DNA from: a virus
Reading direction: 5' to 3' (one strand)
IMG/VR virus record: IMGVR_UViG_3300029923_000015
Location: 1-64,000 of that record
Length of the DNA stretch: 64,000 bases
Position numbers and translations under genes: made by a program. Position 1 is the stretch's first letter. Each line of letters starts with the position of its first letter. Shown here piece by piece: positions 27,132 to 37,200 of this stretch. Under the pieces are notes generated by a model. The model was not told where the DNA came from. It worked only from the letters and a program-made list of their open reading frames with translations, and made no database searches.

Positions 27132-28970
27132 ATGAAAAACATACTAAAACAAATACGTAATCCGCAAACTAATCTTTTAGAAGACGTGTTTACTATTCCT
27201 GATCCATCCACGTTATTACCTTATGAAAAGAAAGGAGTTGCTAAAACTTTAGTTGATGCTGAGGGTGTAACTAGACAAGAAGAAGATCAGAATTTGCAAA
27301 CTCAAATTAATGGCATTGATCAATCTAAATGGGAACCTGCAACTATTGAGACTAAAACTATAATATATGGTAGATTATATAATTGGTATGCAGCAACTGA
27401 TCCAAGAGGTATAGCACCTAATGGATGGCATGTACCAAGTCAGGAAGAATGGCAAACTTTAATTGATTTTGCTGGTACCCCAATAACGGCCTTTTCTAAA
27501 TTATCAGAAAGTAGTGATACATATTGGACAGTAAATGAACAAGTAAGAACCAATGAACTTGGATTTTCAGCGCTACCAGGAGGGTGTATTAATGGAGGGA
27601 CTGGAAATCCTTTTATATTAGGCTTGGGTGCTAATTTTATTACTACGACACTACTATCTGATGATTATGAACGAGTAGTAACATTTGGATATAAGGATTA
27701 TGGTATAACATTTGACCAAGGGAGTACTTTCTCATTTGGAGGTTCTATCCGACTAATCAAAGACAATTCAATTAACGAAGGTGATGTAATAATAGATGGA
27801 GATACTTACCATGCAGTAACAATAGGGGATCAAGTTTGGTTACAACAGAATCTTGCAGTTAAACATTATCAAAACGGTGATTTAATTGGTTCAGATTTTA
27901 GTGGTACAATTGGGGCTGTAACTGCATACAATAATGATGAATCAAATGTTTATGATATTGTACAAGTTGAAGATTCAGCTCATATTCAACCCAAGGAATC
28001 TAAACGTATAAATGCTAATATAATTGATAATTTACCTATAATAGATCCTAATGCAGTTATTGATGAAAATTATGTTCATACAGACAATAATTATACCACT
28101 ACTGAAAAAAATAAACTTGCTGGAATAAATGAATATTTTAGAGGAACGTATCCTACATTAACAGACTTAAAAACTGCTATTCCTATAGGATCAGAAGGTA
28201 ATGAAGCTGTAGTTGATGCAGGAATTGGAAGTGATCCACAAAAATACATATGGGATGTTTCGGATCAAGATTGGAGGTTAGGAAGCGGGACGGCTATCAC
28301 AGTAGACCAATCCATTAACGAAGGTTCAGTTAATCCGGTTTCGGGTGGTTCAGTATTTAGTGGATTAGCGGCAAAGGCAAAGCAGTCATCAACTCATATT
28401 AATGATCCAGATGCAATCACAACGGAAAATCCTTCAGGTGATGTCATTGCAGATGTTGATAGATCAGCTTTTGCACAGGCGTCAATTACAGCGAATTCAG
28501 CTGCAACTGACGACGGAAATCATGTGTTTACTTTATATTATGCAACTAAAGAAGAAAATGACGCAAAAGAAGATATAGGAGTAGCATCTCAATTAATATC
28601 TGAAATTCAATTTTTAGATATATTAGGTTACGCTTTATCAGATCAAACAACAGATATTACTACTGGAATAAAAATAACTGATACTATATTAAATACATTC
28701 ACATTAACAGATATTTTATTAAGCTTATCAACTGCTGCTACAGGCGGTATATTTACTGTTAATATCAAAAAAAATGGGGTATCTATATTTACTACCAAAG
28801 TAACTATTGATGCAACTGAATTGTCTAATTTAACAGCTACTACTCCATATGTACTAGTATCAGATTCCACCACACTTATAGTAGGTGATCGTATTGAGAT
28901 AAGTGTTGATGCTGTAGGAGCGGTTACAACAGGAAAAGGTGCAATAATTCATATTAAAGGAACATTATAA
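27132..28970 (+). CDS. mosaic tail fibre protein with permuted Fib_succ_major domain
   Basis: YGRLYNWYA, GFSALPGG, IRLIKD, VTIGDQVWLQQNL; HTDNNYTTTEKNKLAGI fibre motif; C-terminal beta domain. Confidence 0.8.
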   Translation: MKNILKQIRNPQTNLLEDVFTIPDPSTLLPYEKKGVAKTLVDAEGVTRQEEDQNLQTQINGIDQSKWEPATIETKTIIYGRLYNWYAATDPRGIAPNGWHVPSQEEWQTLIDFAGTPITAFSKLSESSDTYWTVNEQVRTNELGFSALPGGCINGGTGNPFILGLGANFITTTLLSDDYERVVTFGYKDYGITFDQGSTFSFGGSIRLIKDNSINEGDVIIDGDTYHAVTIGDQVWLQQNLAVKHYQNGDLIGSDFSGTIGAVTAYNNDESNVYDIVQVEDSAHIQPKESKRINANIIDNLPIIDPNAVIDENYVHTDNNYTTTEKNKLAGINEYFRGTYPTLTDLKTAIPIGSEGNEAVVDAGIGSDPQKYIWDVSDQDWRLGSGTAITVDQSINEGSVNPVSGGSVFSGLAAKAKQSSTHINDPDAITTENPSGDVIADVDRSAFAQASITANSAATDDGNHVFTLYYATKEENDAKEDIGVASQLISEIQFLDILGYALSDQTTDITTGIKITDTILNTFTLTDILLSLSTAATGGIFTVNIKKNGVSIFTTKVTIDATELSNLTATTPYVLVSDSTTLIVGDRIEISVDAVGAVTTGKGAIIHIKGTL

Positions 28971-28994
28971 ATTAAATATATAAATTAAAAAATT

Positions 28995-29576
28995 ATGTTA
29001 AAGGGAAGATTAATTCAGTGGAGTGCTGACAGAATGAGTTTTGAAACATTAAATTATAACCCATGTCCGGTTATGTTAGGTGAACCATTACAAGATATGG
29101 GTGAGGGAATAGAGTGGTATGCCGATTATGAACCGTTACCTCCAATTGATTACGACCAACGTATTTATATTCGTGTTGTAAAGCAACAACCAACGGAGAT
29201 ACCACATCCGGAGTGGGCAATGTACAAAACTTTTCAAATCACGTATGACAAAGAAAAACGTTCAATTGAGGACATTATCAAGTCGATTCAGATTGAAGAA
29301 CAAAATGCCAATGCTGCATTACTCAAGGAAGCTGAAGAATCAAAACTGAACTTCTTTATGGCTGCCTATACATTAGCTATTGCCCAGGGCGTTGAACCAT
29401 CTGACGAAGCTAAGAATGCCGAAATACGCCACTCAGATGTAACTTACAAAATGGCACAGAATGCAGCCAGGCGTGTTTATTTGATTGATGAATTCACAGC
29501 AGGGAATGTCCTCGATATTTCATCAGGTTTTGAACGTGATAATATCGCTATTGGAAATGCACCTTTTCAAAATTAG
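28995..29576 (+). CDS. hypothetical protein (possible fibre chaperone)
   Basis: 193-aa ORF inside the fibre cluster. Confidence 0.7.
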   Translation: MLKGRLIQWSADRMSFETLNYNPCPVMLGEPLQDMGEGIEWYADYEPLPPIDYDQRIYIRVVKQQPTEIPHPEWAMYKTFQITYDKEKRSIEDIIKSIQIEEQNANAALLKEAEESKLNFFMAAYTLAIAQGVEPSDEAKNAEIRHSDVTYKMAQNAARRVYLIDEFTAGNVLDISSGFERDNIAIGNAPFQN

Positions 29577-29579
29577 ACT

Positions 29580-30308
29580 ATGGGATACGTCAATGATCCA
29601 CGAAAAAATATTCATAAGATATATACAAAAGAGATGATAATTAATCCTTATGCATTTGGAAAATCTACACCAGCCATATTGAATGACGGTAATACAGTCG
29701 CATGGTGGGATTTTACAGATTTATCAAAGATAGAGTTATATGCGAGTGGGAATGATATAAAAACAGTTAACCCAGTAATAGCAGGCCAGGTTCCACTCGC
29801 AGGAGATGCTGGGGTAACTCCCACGTGGAGTATTAACGGAGCTCTCTTTGACGGAGGAGCTGCTTCCTTACGGAATTCGCAAGAACTTCTTGTTAGTCCT
29901 CCTTTTATAATTTATTATGTTATGCGACAAATATCTATTATTCCAAATAGGTATAATATGCTCCTGTCAGGTAGTAATGCTTTTCAAAATGGTCAAGAAC
30001 CAAATACTAACAGGATGTATATGTATGATGGTTCGAATGTAATTTATGATGGTTATATGCCTCTTAATACATTCTCAATAATAAAATTAGCATGTTATTC
30101 TGGCGGAGATTCCTTCGCATCTATTAACGAAAATAAGACATTAGGGAGCGTAGTAGGTGGAATAACTGATATTACGGTAGGTAAACACGTTAGCAATCAA
30201 TATGCGAGTAATATTGAGGTAAAGGAAATGATCATAAGACGCGTGATTGAAACGTCCCAAAACGAGTCCGATATTTATGCTTATTTAAAAACTAAATATC
30301 GTTTATAA
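29580..30308 (+). CDS. LamG/concanavalin-like tail-associated protein
   Basis: MIINPYAFG..VAWWDF...FDG...EVKEMII...IYAYLKTKY. Confidence 0.65.
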   Translation: MGYVNDPRKNIHKIYTKEMIINPYAFGKSTPAILNDGNTVAWWDFTDLSKIELYASGNDIKTVNPVIAGQVPLAGDAGVTPTWSINGALFDGGAASLRNSQELLVSPPFIIYYVMRQISIIPNRYNMLLSGSNAFQNGQEPNTNRMYMYDGSNVIYDGYMPLNTFSIIKLACYSGGDSFASINENKTLGSVVGGITDITVGKHVSNQYASNIEVKEMIIRRVIETSQNESDIYAYLKTKYRL

Positions 30309-30375
30309 TTTTTAGGAGGAATTAAAAAAGCCTCCATCTCCACTCAACCGGCTCTCACACCGTGCAAATATTTAA

Positions 30376-30621
30376 GGTACTGATGGAATAACATCTGCAT
30401 TTAGAGAAAGTAATTTTACTAGAGATATTAATCAATATAATGCATTGATAGCAATATTATTAAGTCAAATTTCTATTCTATTTTGTTACTATTTATATTA
30501 TTTAAATATTGTACTGATAAGCAATGCTATAACTCTTTATTTATTAAAAAACCCTTTTAAACAATGGATGACAATTCTTGAATGGATTGCATTTATAACT
30601 ATAACAATAACTTTATTATGA
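30376..30621 (+). pseudogene. 5'-truncated remnant of a multi-TM membrane protein gene
   Basis: 81 stop-free codons (GTDGITSAFRES...LIAILLSQISILF...LEWIAFITITITLL) with no early ATG; its TGA overlaps the next ATG (ATGA). Confidence 0.5.
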
Positions 30622-30911
30622 TAACAAATAAAACAGACATCTCAAAGTTTTCATTTCCAGAAGCTGTAAGTTCAAGCACTGGAAAGACATCAGGCAGCAA
30701 AGTCGCCGGAGCAATAGTAGTTGTTACTGGATGTATTACATTTGCATCAGCGTCAGTCGCGACTATTCTTAACAATCCATTCGGGATAGCATTAGCAGGG
30801 ATATGTGCCGGAGTAATTGCTTCTGGATTGGCTATATTTAGCTATTCAAAAAAGAAGGATATTGATAATAATACCATAACAAAAATCGAAACGTCTCCGA
30901 TAGAGGATTGA
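30618..30911 (+). CDS. putative holin
   Basis: Two hydrophobic helices and a charged tail, upstream of the endolysin. Confidence 0.55.
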   Translation: MITNKTDISKFSFPEAVSSSTGKTSGSKVAGAIVVVTGCITFASASVATILNNPFGIALAGICAGVIASGLAIFSYSKKKDIDNNTITKIETSPIED

Positions 30912-30944
30912 AAATAATCCTAGAATACAATAAATTGTTTTATA

Positions 30945-31304
30945 ATGGCACTTAAGAAAGAAGTAAATATAAATAATGAAGAAAATAAGGGTAAAAATAA
31001 ATCAGAAAAATATATTTATATACACGAATCAGATTATAAAAAAGACATACTTCCAGTCCAAGGATTAACATTCTCTCAAATATTATCTATGCTTGGCCTA
31101 CTAGCCCTACTTGGTGCCGCTTGGGTTGATTTGAGCGTTAAGATGGAGAGAATAGATGTAAAATATGGAGAAAAGACAGAGTTTCTAGAAAAAGGGAGAG
31201 AAACGAATGCTAGGGCCATAGAATTAAATAGAACTGAGAATAAACAAGAACATGCTAAAATGCTTGATAAACTTGACTTATTACTAGAGAGAAGAAAAAA
31301 TTAA
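30945..31304 (+). CDS. single-TM coiled-coil lysis-cluster protein
   Basis: ILSMLGLLALLGAAWV followed by coiled coil. Confidence 0.55.
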   Translation: MALKKEVNINNEENKGKNKSEKYIYIHESDYKKDILPVQGLTFSQILSMLGLLALLGAAWVDLSVKMERIDVKYGEKTEFLEKGRETNARAIELNRTENKQEHAKMLDKLDLLLERRKN

Positions 31305-31308
31305 AAAT

Positions 31309-31932
31309 ATGTTAAACAAAACAAAATTAATATTATATATAATAGGTGCATTATTTGTTATTGGCTCTGGGCTTGGAATCAAGTTGGCTTATAGCAAATA
31401 TGTATCTATTGTAAATGAAAGAGACAGTTACAGAGGAAATCAAAGAGCGTATGAAGATCTAATATCAGGTAAAACGTCTGAGAATAGGGCTCTAAGGCTT
31501 TCTAATGCTGATTTAAGGAACTCAAATGACAAATTCATACAATCTATCGATTCTGTTAGAAAGTCCTTTAAAGGAGCTAAGAATAAGCCTGGTGATGTTG
31601 CTACCGGGATAGGGAGTTCTATCCACACCTCCACTTCCGTATTACTACAAAATAATGGTGGTTGCGTAGTGGATACTGTCCTATATTTTAATAAATATAC
31701 TAAAAGTCATATAACTTTAAAAAATAATTTGTTAAAAGATTCTTTGGATGTAAACAATGTACAGAGTTTATACGTTTACACTACTAGTGAGTACGTTAAT
31801 ACATACAAGAGTGGTTGGATTAGGTTCTGGCATTTTGATTGGCATAAGGAAGATGTAGATAGGTATGACATAGATAATACAAATAAACTAATAAAGGTTG
31901 ACAGCGTTAGGGTATATAAAATAAGGGAATGA
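31309..31932 (+). CDS. putative spanin-like protein
   Basis: N-terminal TM, coiled coil, directly before the endolysin. Confidence 0.5.
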   Translation: MLNKTKLILYIIGALFVIGSGLGIKLAYSKYVSIVNERDSYRGNQRAYEDLISGKTSENRALRLSNADLRNSNDKFIQSIDSVRKSFKGAKNKPGDVATGIGSSIHTSTSVLLQNNGGCVVDTVLYFNKYTKSHITLKNNLLKDSLDVNNVQSLYVYTTSEYVNTYKSGWIRFWHFDWHKEDVDRYDIDNTNKLIKVDSVRVYKIRE

Positions 31933-31933
31933 T

Positions 31934-32365
31934 ATGAAACTAAAATTAATAAGGAAGGCACTAGAGGCTGACTATACTATCGGTGATTTATTGGTAAATG
32001 GCATATTTGAATGTAATGTTCTAGAGGATACAGTTAGAGACCTTAATAAAGACGGTGATCTTAACGAGAAGGGAGAAACTAAAGTATATGGAAAAACCGC
32101 AATACCTTATGGAATCTATACAATTGATTTAACATATTCAAATAGATTTAAGAAGATCTTGCCATTACTAGAAGATGTTAATGGATTTGAAGGAATTCGC
32201 ATACATCCCGGAAATACTGCCGTTGACACTCACGGGTGCTTACTCGTTGGTATAAATTCCACAAAAGGAATGGTAACTAATTCTAAAAAGACATTCGACA
32301 AATTAATGATAAAATTAGTAGACGCCCATCAAATGAAAGAAACTATAACCATAGAAATAGCATAA
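31934..32365 (+). CDS. endolysin candidate, DUF5675 family
   Basis: YTIGDL, LED, KTAIPYGIY, GIRIHPGN..DTHGCLLVG. Confidence 0.85.
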   Translation: MKLKLIRKALEADYTIGDLLVNGIFECNVLEDTVRDLNKDGDLNEKGETKVYGKTAIPYGIYTIDLTYSNRFKKILPLLEDVNGFEGIRIHPGNTAVDTHGCLLVGINSTKGMVTNSKKTFDKLMIKLVDAHQMKETITIEIA

Positions 32366-32368
32366 TAA

Positions 32369-33067
32369 ATGATACAATTTAATTCTCTAAATACGATCAT
32401 AGACGATATCTTATTAGAGTATCGGAATAATCAACTAGCAGAAAGCGATCCACTTAGTAGAATTCAAATAGAACAATGGATTATCCACTATCGCGCATTC
32501 CTTATAAAACAAGATATAGATAGGGGCAGAGAAATAAATTCTGCATATGTACAAGAGGTTTTAAATTTGCCTGTTATCTATAAAGATTCGAACGGAGTCA
32601 CTATTTCTACCTCAAATCTAATAGTCGGAAGAACTACTGACACTATTCCAAATGGAATAGATTTCCATTTTGCAGACAATATAATATCTATAACAGATAA
32701 GTATGATAATCTCATACAATTAACTTCTGAGCAGAGAGCAAAGATGCAAGTCAATAGGAGGTATACCAATAATAATCCAATGGCATATGAAAGAGATGGT
32801 TATATATACGTTGTATGCCAAGGGGATGTTAAATTTTTAAACATAAAAGGAGTATTTGAGAATCCGTTAGAAGATGTATTCGGACTAAATGCAGATGATC
32901 AATATCCAATTCCAGTAAATATGATCCCAACACTAAAGGATCTAATAATGACTAAAGAGTTAGATATAGTAGCGTTGTCTGATCTCTCAAATGATTCTTC
33001 AAATGATTTAGCAAAAGCGACACTAAACGCAAGAGACTATAAAAAACTATCACGTGGTATCAAATAA
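32369..33067 (+). CDS. tail ring protein
   Basis: SLNTIIDDIL, LSRIQIEQWI..YRA.LIKQDID, GVFENP, YPIPVNMIP. Confidence 0.7.
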   Translation: MIQFNSLNTIIDDILLEYRNNQLAESDPLSRIQIEQWIIHYRAFLIKQDIDRGREINSAYVQEVLNLPVIYKDSNGVTISTSNLIVGRTTDTIPNGIDFHFADNIISITDKYDNLIQLTSEQRAKMQVNRRYTNNNPMAYERDGYIYVVCQGDVKFLNIKGVFENPLEDVFGLNADDQYPIPVNMIPTLKDLIMTKELDIVALSDLSNDSSNDLAKATLNARDYKKLSRGIK

Positions 33068-33506
33068 ACATCAATCATATACGCTGGAAGACTACTTTAA
33101 TTCCTATAAGGAATATACTAGTGGCAATCCGGCGTATACTGTTTCAAGGAAACAATTCAATTCTTTGCTTAAGGATTACTTTAAATTTCTATCGGCGGAA
33201 TTGATAGATAACTCAAAAGAAATAAGATTACCTGCAAGGATGGGTACGTTAGTAGTAACCAAGAAGAAGCCAAAAAGATATGATTTTACTTATTTGCGAG
33301 TCGACTTTCACAGTACAAAAGAGTCAGAAAAAACCATATTACATCTAAATGAACATTCCGATGGATATAACTTTAGATTCCATTGGTGCAAGAAGGACAT
33401 GCTAATAAGTAATAAAAATATGTATGAATTAGTTATGTCTAGGGCAAACAAAAGGAGACTAGCTTACATGATAAAAGTAGAACACAAAGATTATATAGAG
33501 AAATAA
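33054..33506 (+). CDS. IHF-like tail-region protein
   Basis: LPARMGTL, LNEHSDGYNFRFHW, RANKRRLA. Confidence 0.7.
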   Translation: MVSNKHQSYTLEDYFNSYKEYTSGNPAYTVSRKQFNSLLKDYFKFLSAELIDNSKEIRLPARMGTLVVTKKKPKRYDFTYLRVDFHSTKESEKTILHLNEHSDGYNFRFHWCKKDMLISNKNMYELVMSRANKRRLAYMIKVEHKDYIEK

Positions 33507-33507
33507 T

Positions 33508-34272
33508 ATGGTTTATAAAATGATCAGCGTGCAGCAGGTAATAGCAAAGGTATTGTCCGACTTGGATATAAGAGAAGAGGCTATAAGGATATCAGACTGT
33601 ATTGAGTGGGCCTCAGAGGCTGTTGAGAAGATAGGATCAGTGAAGCAATTAAACAGAAAGGTTTCTGGAACAAATGGACTTGGGGTATTGCCAATAGTTG
33701 GTCATCAGGTACAAATACCATTTGATTTACACCGACTAAATAGTGTTGCGTGGTCTAGAACTGGTACCGGAAATTGGCATCCAATGACTTTGGCTACCGG
33801 AGCATTTAGCGTCTGGTCTGCAAAAGATATTAAAAATACAGTGGATACGTCTATGGGTCCAGGGATTCTAAATCAAGAATTAAAGTACTCCATAAAGCCG
33901 AGGTATATAATGACAAATGTAGAAGATGGATTCTTGAAATTAAGTTACGACTCCATACCTTTGGATGAAAATGGATATCCATTAATACCAGATATTATAT
34001 CATATATAGAAGCTATATATTGGTATATTACTGTTAAGTTAAAATATCCAGATTATATGGCCGGAAGACTTAATAGAGAAGTATATTATGATATGCGTAG
34101 ATCATGGAATTTTTATTGTAAGCAAGCATATGGTGATTCACTAATGCCTACTTCTGACGAAATGGAGACTATAAAAAATAATTGGACAAAATTAGTTCCA
34201 GATGTATATGCCAATAATAATTTTTATGATACTATTGGAGATATTCAGGTAATTAAAACACAGAATAACTAA
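33508..34272 (+). CDS. tail tubular/ring protein
   Basis: VIAKVLSDL, EWASEAVEKIG, DENGYPLIPD, WNFYCKQAY. Confidence 0.75.
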   Translation: MVYKMISVQQVIAKVLSDLDIREEAIRISDCIEWASEAVEKIGSVKQLNRKVSGTNGLGVLPIVGHQVQIPFDLHRLNSVAWSRTGTGNWHPMTLATGAFSVWSAKDIKNTVDTSMGPGILNQELKYSIKPRYIMTNVEDGFLKLSYDSIPLDENGYPLIPDIISYIEAIYWYITVKLKYPDYMAGRLNREVYYDMRRSWNFYCKQAYGDSLMPTSDEMETIKNNWTKLVPDVYANNNFYDTIGDIQVIKTQNN

Positions 34273-37200
34273 TGAGTAGCAAGAACGGAAAGACTACTGT
34301 GAATACATTTAGTGGAGGAATCCAACTAGATATTGATAAAAGTCTGTTAAAAGAAAATCAATATAGATACGCGGAAAATGTTCGTATTGTATCAAATGAG
34401 GGCGCTACTACTGGCGCCCTAACTAATATAGAAGGATCTACTATTCTTAGCCTTGGCTCTGATACATTCTCTGTAGATGAAGATATAATTGCCACTACCA
34501 CAATAAGGGATCTAGGCGTAGTAATAACAGCGCTGCCATCAAAAAGAACTGGTATGCTTACTTACGATTGGAATGAGCAGCCAGACACTGGCACTATAAC
34601 AATACCAGCTAAGGCAGAGGAAACAATAGTTATAGAAGATTCTAGAACGACCCCAGATCCTGTTAGTCCAAATGCAAATTTACTTTATGTAGAATGGACT
34701 GGTATAGGGACAAAGGAACTTAGATGCCAATTTCAGGATCTTCTGACTACAACTGTATCATTTAAAGTTACAGTTACGTACACAGATAGTTCCAATGAGG
34801 TATTCAATGTATTCTTAGACCAATCTGCTACCCCTAGGAGCGTAAATCCTGCGTCCCCATATGTCATAACCACAGTATTAAGGATGGATCTTAAATCGCC
34901 TTATATGCAGTATATCTCTGTTAACTCATTCTTACCAACTCATGATGGTGCAATGTGTGACAATAACGGTGTAGAAGGATATTATCCAGTAGAGACAAGG
35001 AGGTACAAAAATGTAACGCAATACTATTTATACGAGACGGATTATTACTCTCCAGACCCTGTAACATATAGAGGCGTAGATATAGTTACTTCTCACAATG
35101 TGGTCCATGACGAACAGTTTTACGAGGTAGCTACTATTATCGGCATATATAATAGCTACGTATCGGGAAGGGTCAATTTAGCGATATCAACCCCATTAAC
35201 ATTAAATTTAAATGCATATTTATATGATGTTGATATAAATACTATTTCTGGGAGATATAATGGCGCTAACACTCTGCATTTTAATTCCGCAACTATATAT
35301 TCTTTTGATGGAGAATATATTTCGTCTGTACAATCAAGAAGCGTAGAGATACAAGATATTATAAAAAATTCAGATGGGATTCATTCTGATATTATAGCGG
35401 CAAATCATCAAATTCCTATATATACACAGCAAGATATATCTATAGATTGTATAGACAAAAATTACAATAATGTATCAGCTATTGCTACATATTTAACGGA
35501 TGGCCGTTTAAGTACTAATTTAGTATATAATAAATCAGCCATAACATCAAATAAAATATATAGAGTATCATTTCCTGATGATAAATCTCCTGTGTTTAAA
35601 AATGTTCTAAATCCAAATGGAGTAAACTTCAACACACCATTAAATCCAAACCTAAGTATGGTTGGGAGGTATGAGGATTTTGATAACATAAAATTATATT
35701 GGGCCGATGGGGTAAACTTTATTAGATGCGTAAATATAGCGAGTACTAATGATTTAAATAATTCAGTATTAACAGACTCATCTATATTTGATTTAATCCC
35801 ATCTTCAAAACTAGTTAGCCCATCTATAGTTTCTATAGGGAGTGGAAGATTGGACGCGGGATTAATACAGTACTGTTATCAACTATACAGCCCATCAGGA
35901 GGAGAGACTGAATTAAGCCCAATGAGTCCTGTAGTACACTTGACTAATAGCGAGGTACTGGACTACAGTGTAAAATATATGGGGACTGGTATTGGTGACA
36001 TTCATGGTAAGTCAACAGGCAAATCTGTCAAGGTTGGAATAAAGATACCAGATAACAATAAATTTATCAGAGCAAAATTAATATCTGTTTATTACTTTAA
36101 TTACTCCGACGTCCCTGTTATCTCCGTGGTAAAGGAATTAGATATAAAATCAGAACAAGACAATGGATATATATATCTTGAAGATGGTGGGGTTGGAGCG
36201 GTAGGCGAATTAACTCAATCTGAATTTAATTTGATTGGCGGTAATTTATTTATACCAAACTATATAGAAAGCAAGGACAATATATTGTTTGCAGCTAATA
36301 CGAAGGAAGACACCTGGGACTTATCAACTGAAGAGTACGATACTAGGTCTTATCAATTTAAGGATGAGTTTACAGGAGTCACTATTCCAGCAAATCCAAA
36401 ATTGGTTACCCTCAGAACGGTAGTTATGAAGGGAAGCGCTACAATAGAAGTCAACATAGTTGATGACTATACTACTGTAAGCTCAGCTGTATCTATTGGA
36501 GATATACTAAAAGAAATAAATGGGGTCCCTATTGCTAGAGAGATAAAAGTAATATCTATATCTGACGATAAGAATTGGATTGGATTTGACTCTTCCGAGA
36601 TAGGCCTAACATATGTTAATGGCTGTAGTATAGTGATATCAGAGCCATATACAGTTGAGATTCAGAAAAAGGCCAAATTAAGTATGGCCTCTGGCGAGTC
36701 AAGCAGTTACTCTTTGTCTCAATTGCAATCTATACTTCCAACACACGACTGTATACATGACGAGATATACAAAGAAGATAGATATGCTGATTTACAGTAT
36801 AGGTATGATAAAGATGGCAACCTTGGTGGAAGCGGGCTTAATGTAGATTATAAGTTTACAAATGCATTCTTTATTGAATCATATGGGGACTATTATGGCA
36901 AAAGGGTTAATTCTACTTCTGGAGATACTTATTCAGAATCATGGGTTACAGACGCAGATAAATACATAGATCAGAGGACTGCTAGAATAGGAGATAAGAA
37001 AAGAAATATCTCAAGTATAAAACTACAGGATAGTGATGGAACTATATATGACGCTCCATTATCTAATTTCGGATTGCCGGTACATGATGGGTTTCTAAAT
37101 TACGCAAATCCATATCTGTCAAACAATTTCACTTCGTATCAAAGAGATGAAATATATAGATTTGGGGCCATTTTTAGGGATACAAAAGGGAGAAAGACGC

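Noticed and set aside
26359-27440. Diversity-generating retroelement (TR/VR pair) suggested by near-duplicate Fib_succ_major DNA and lectin-type domains
   Set aside because: Differences between the copies are not confined to adenines, both copies are inside coding genes, and no reverse transcriptase is in the window.
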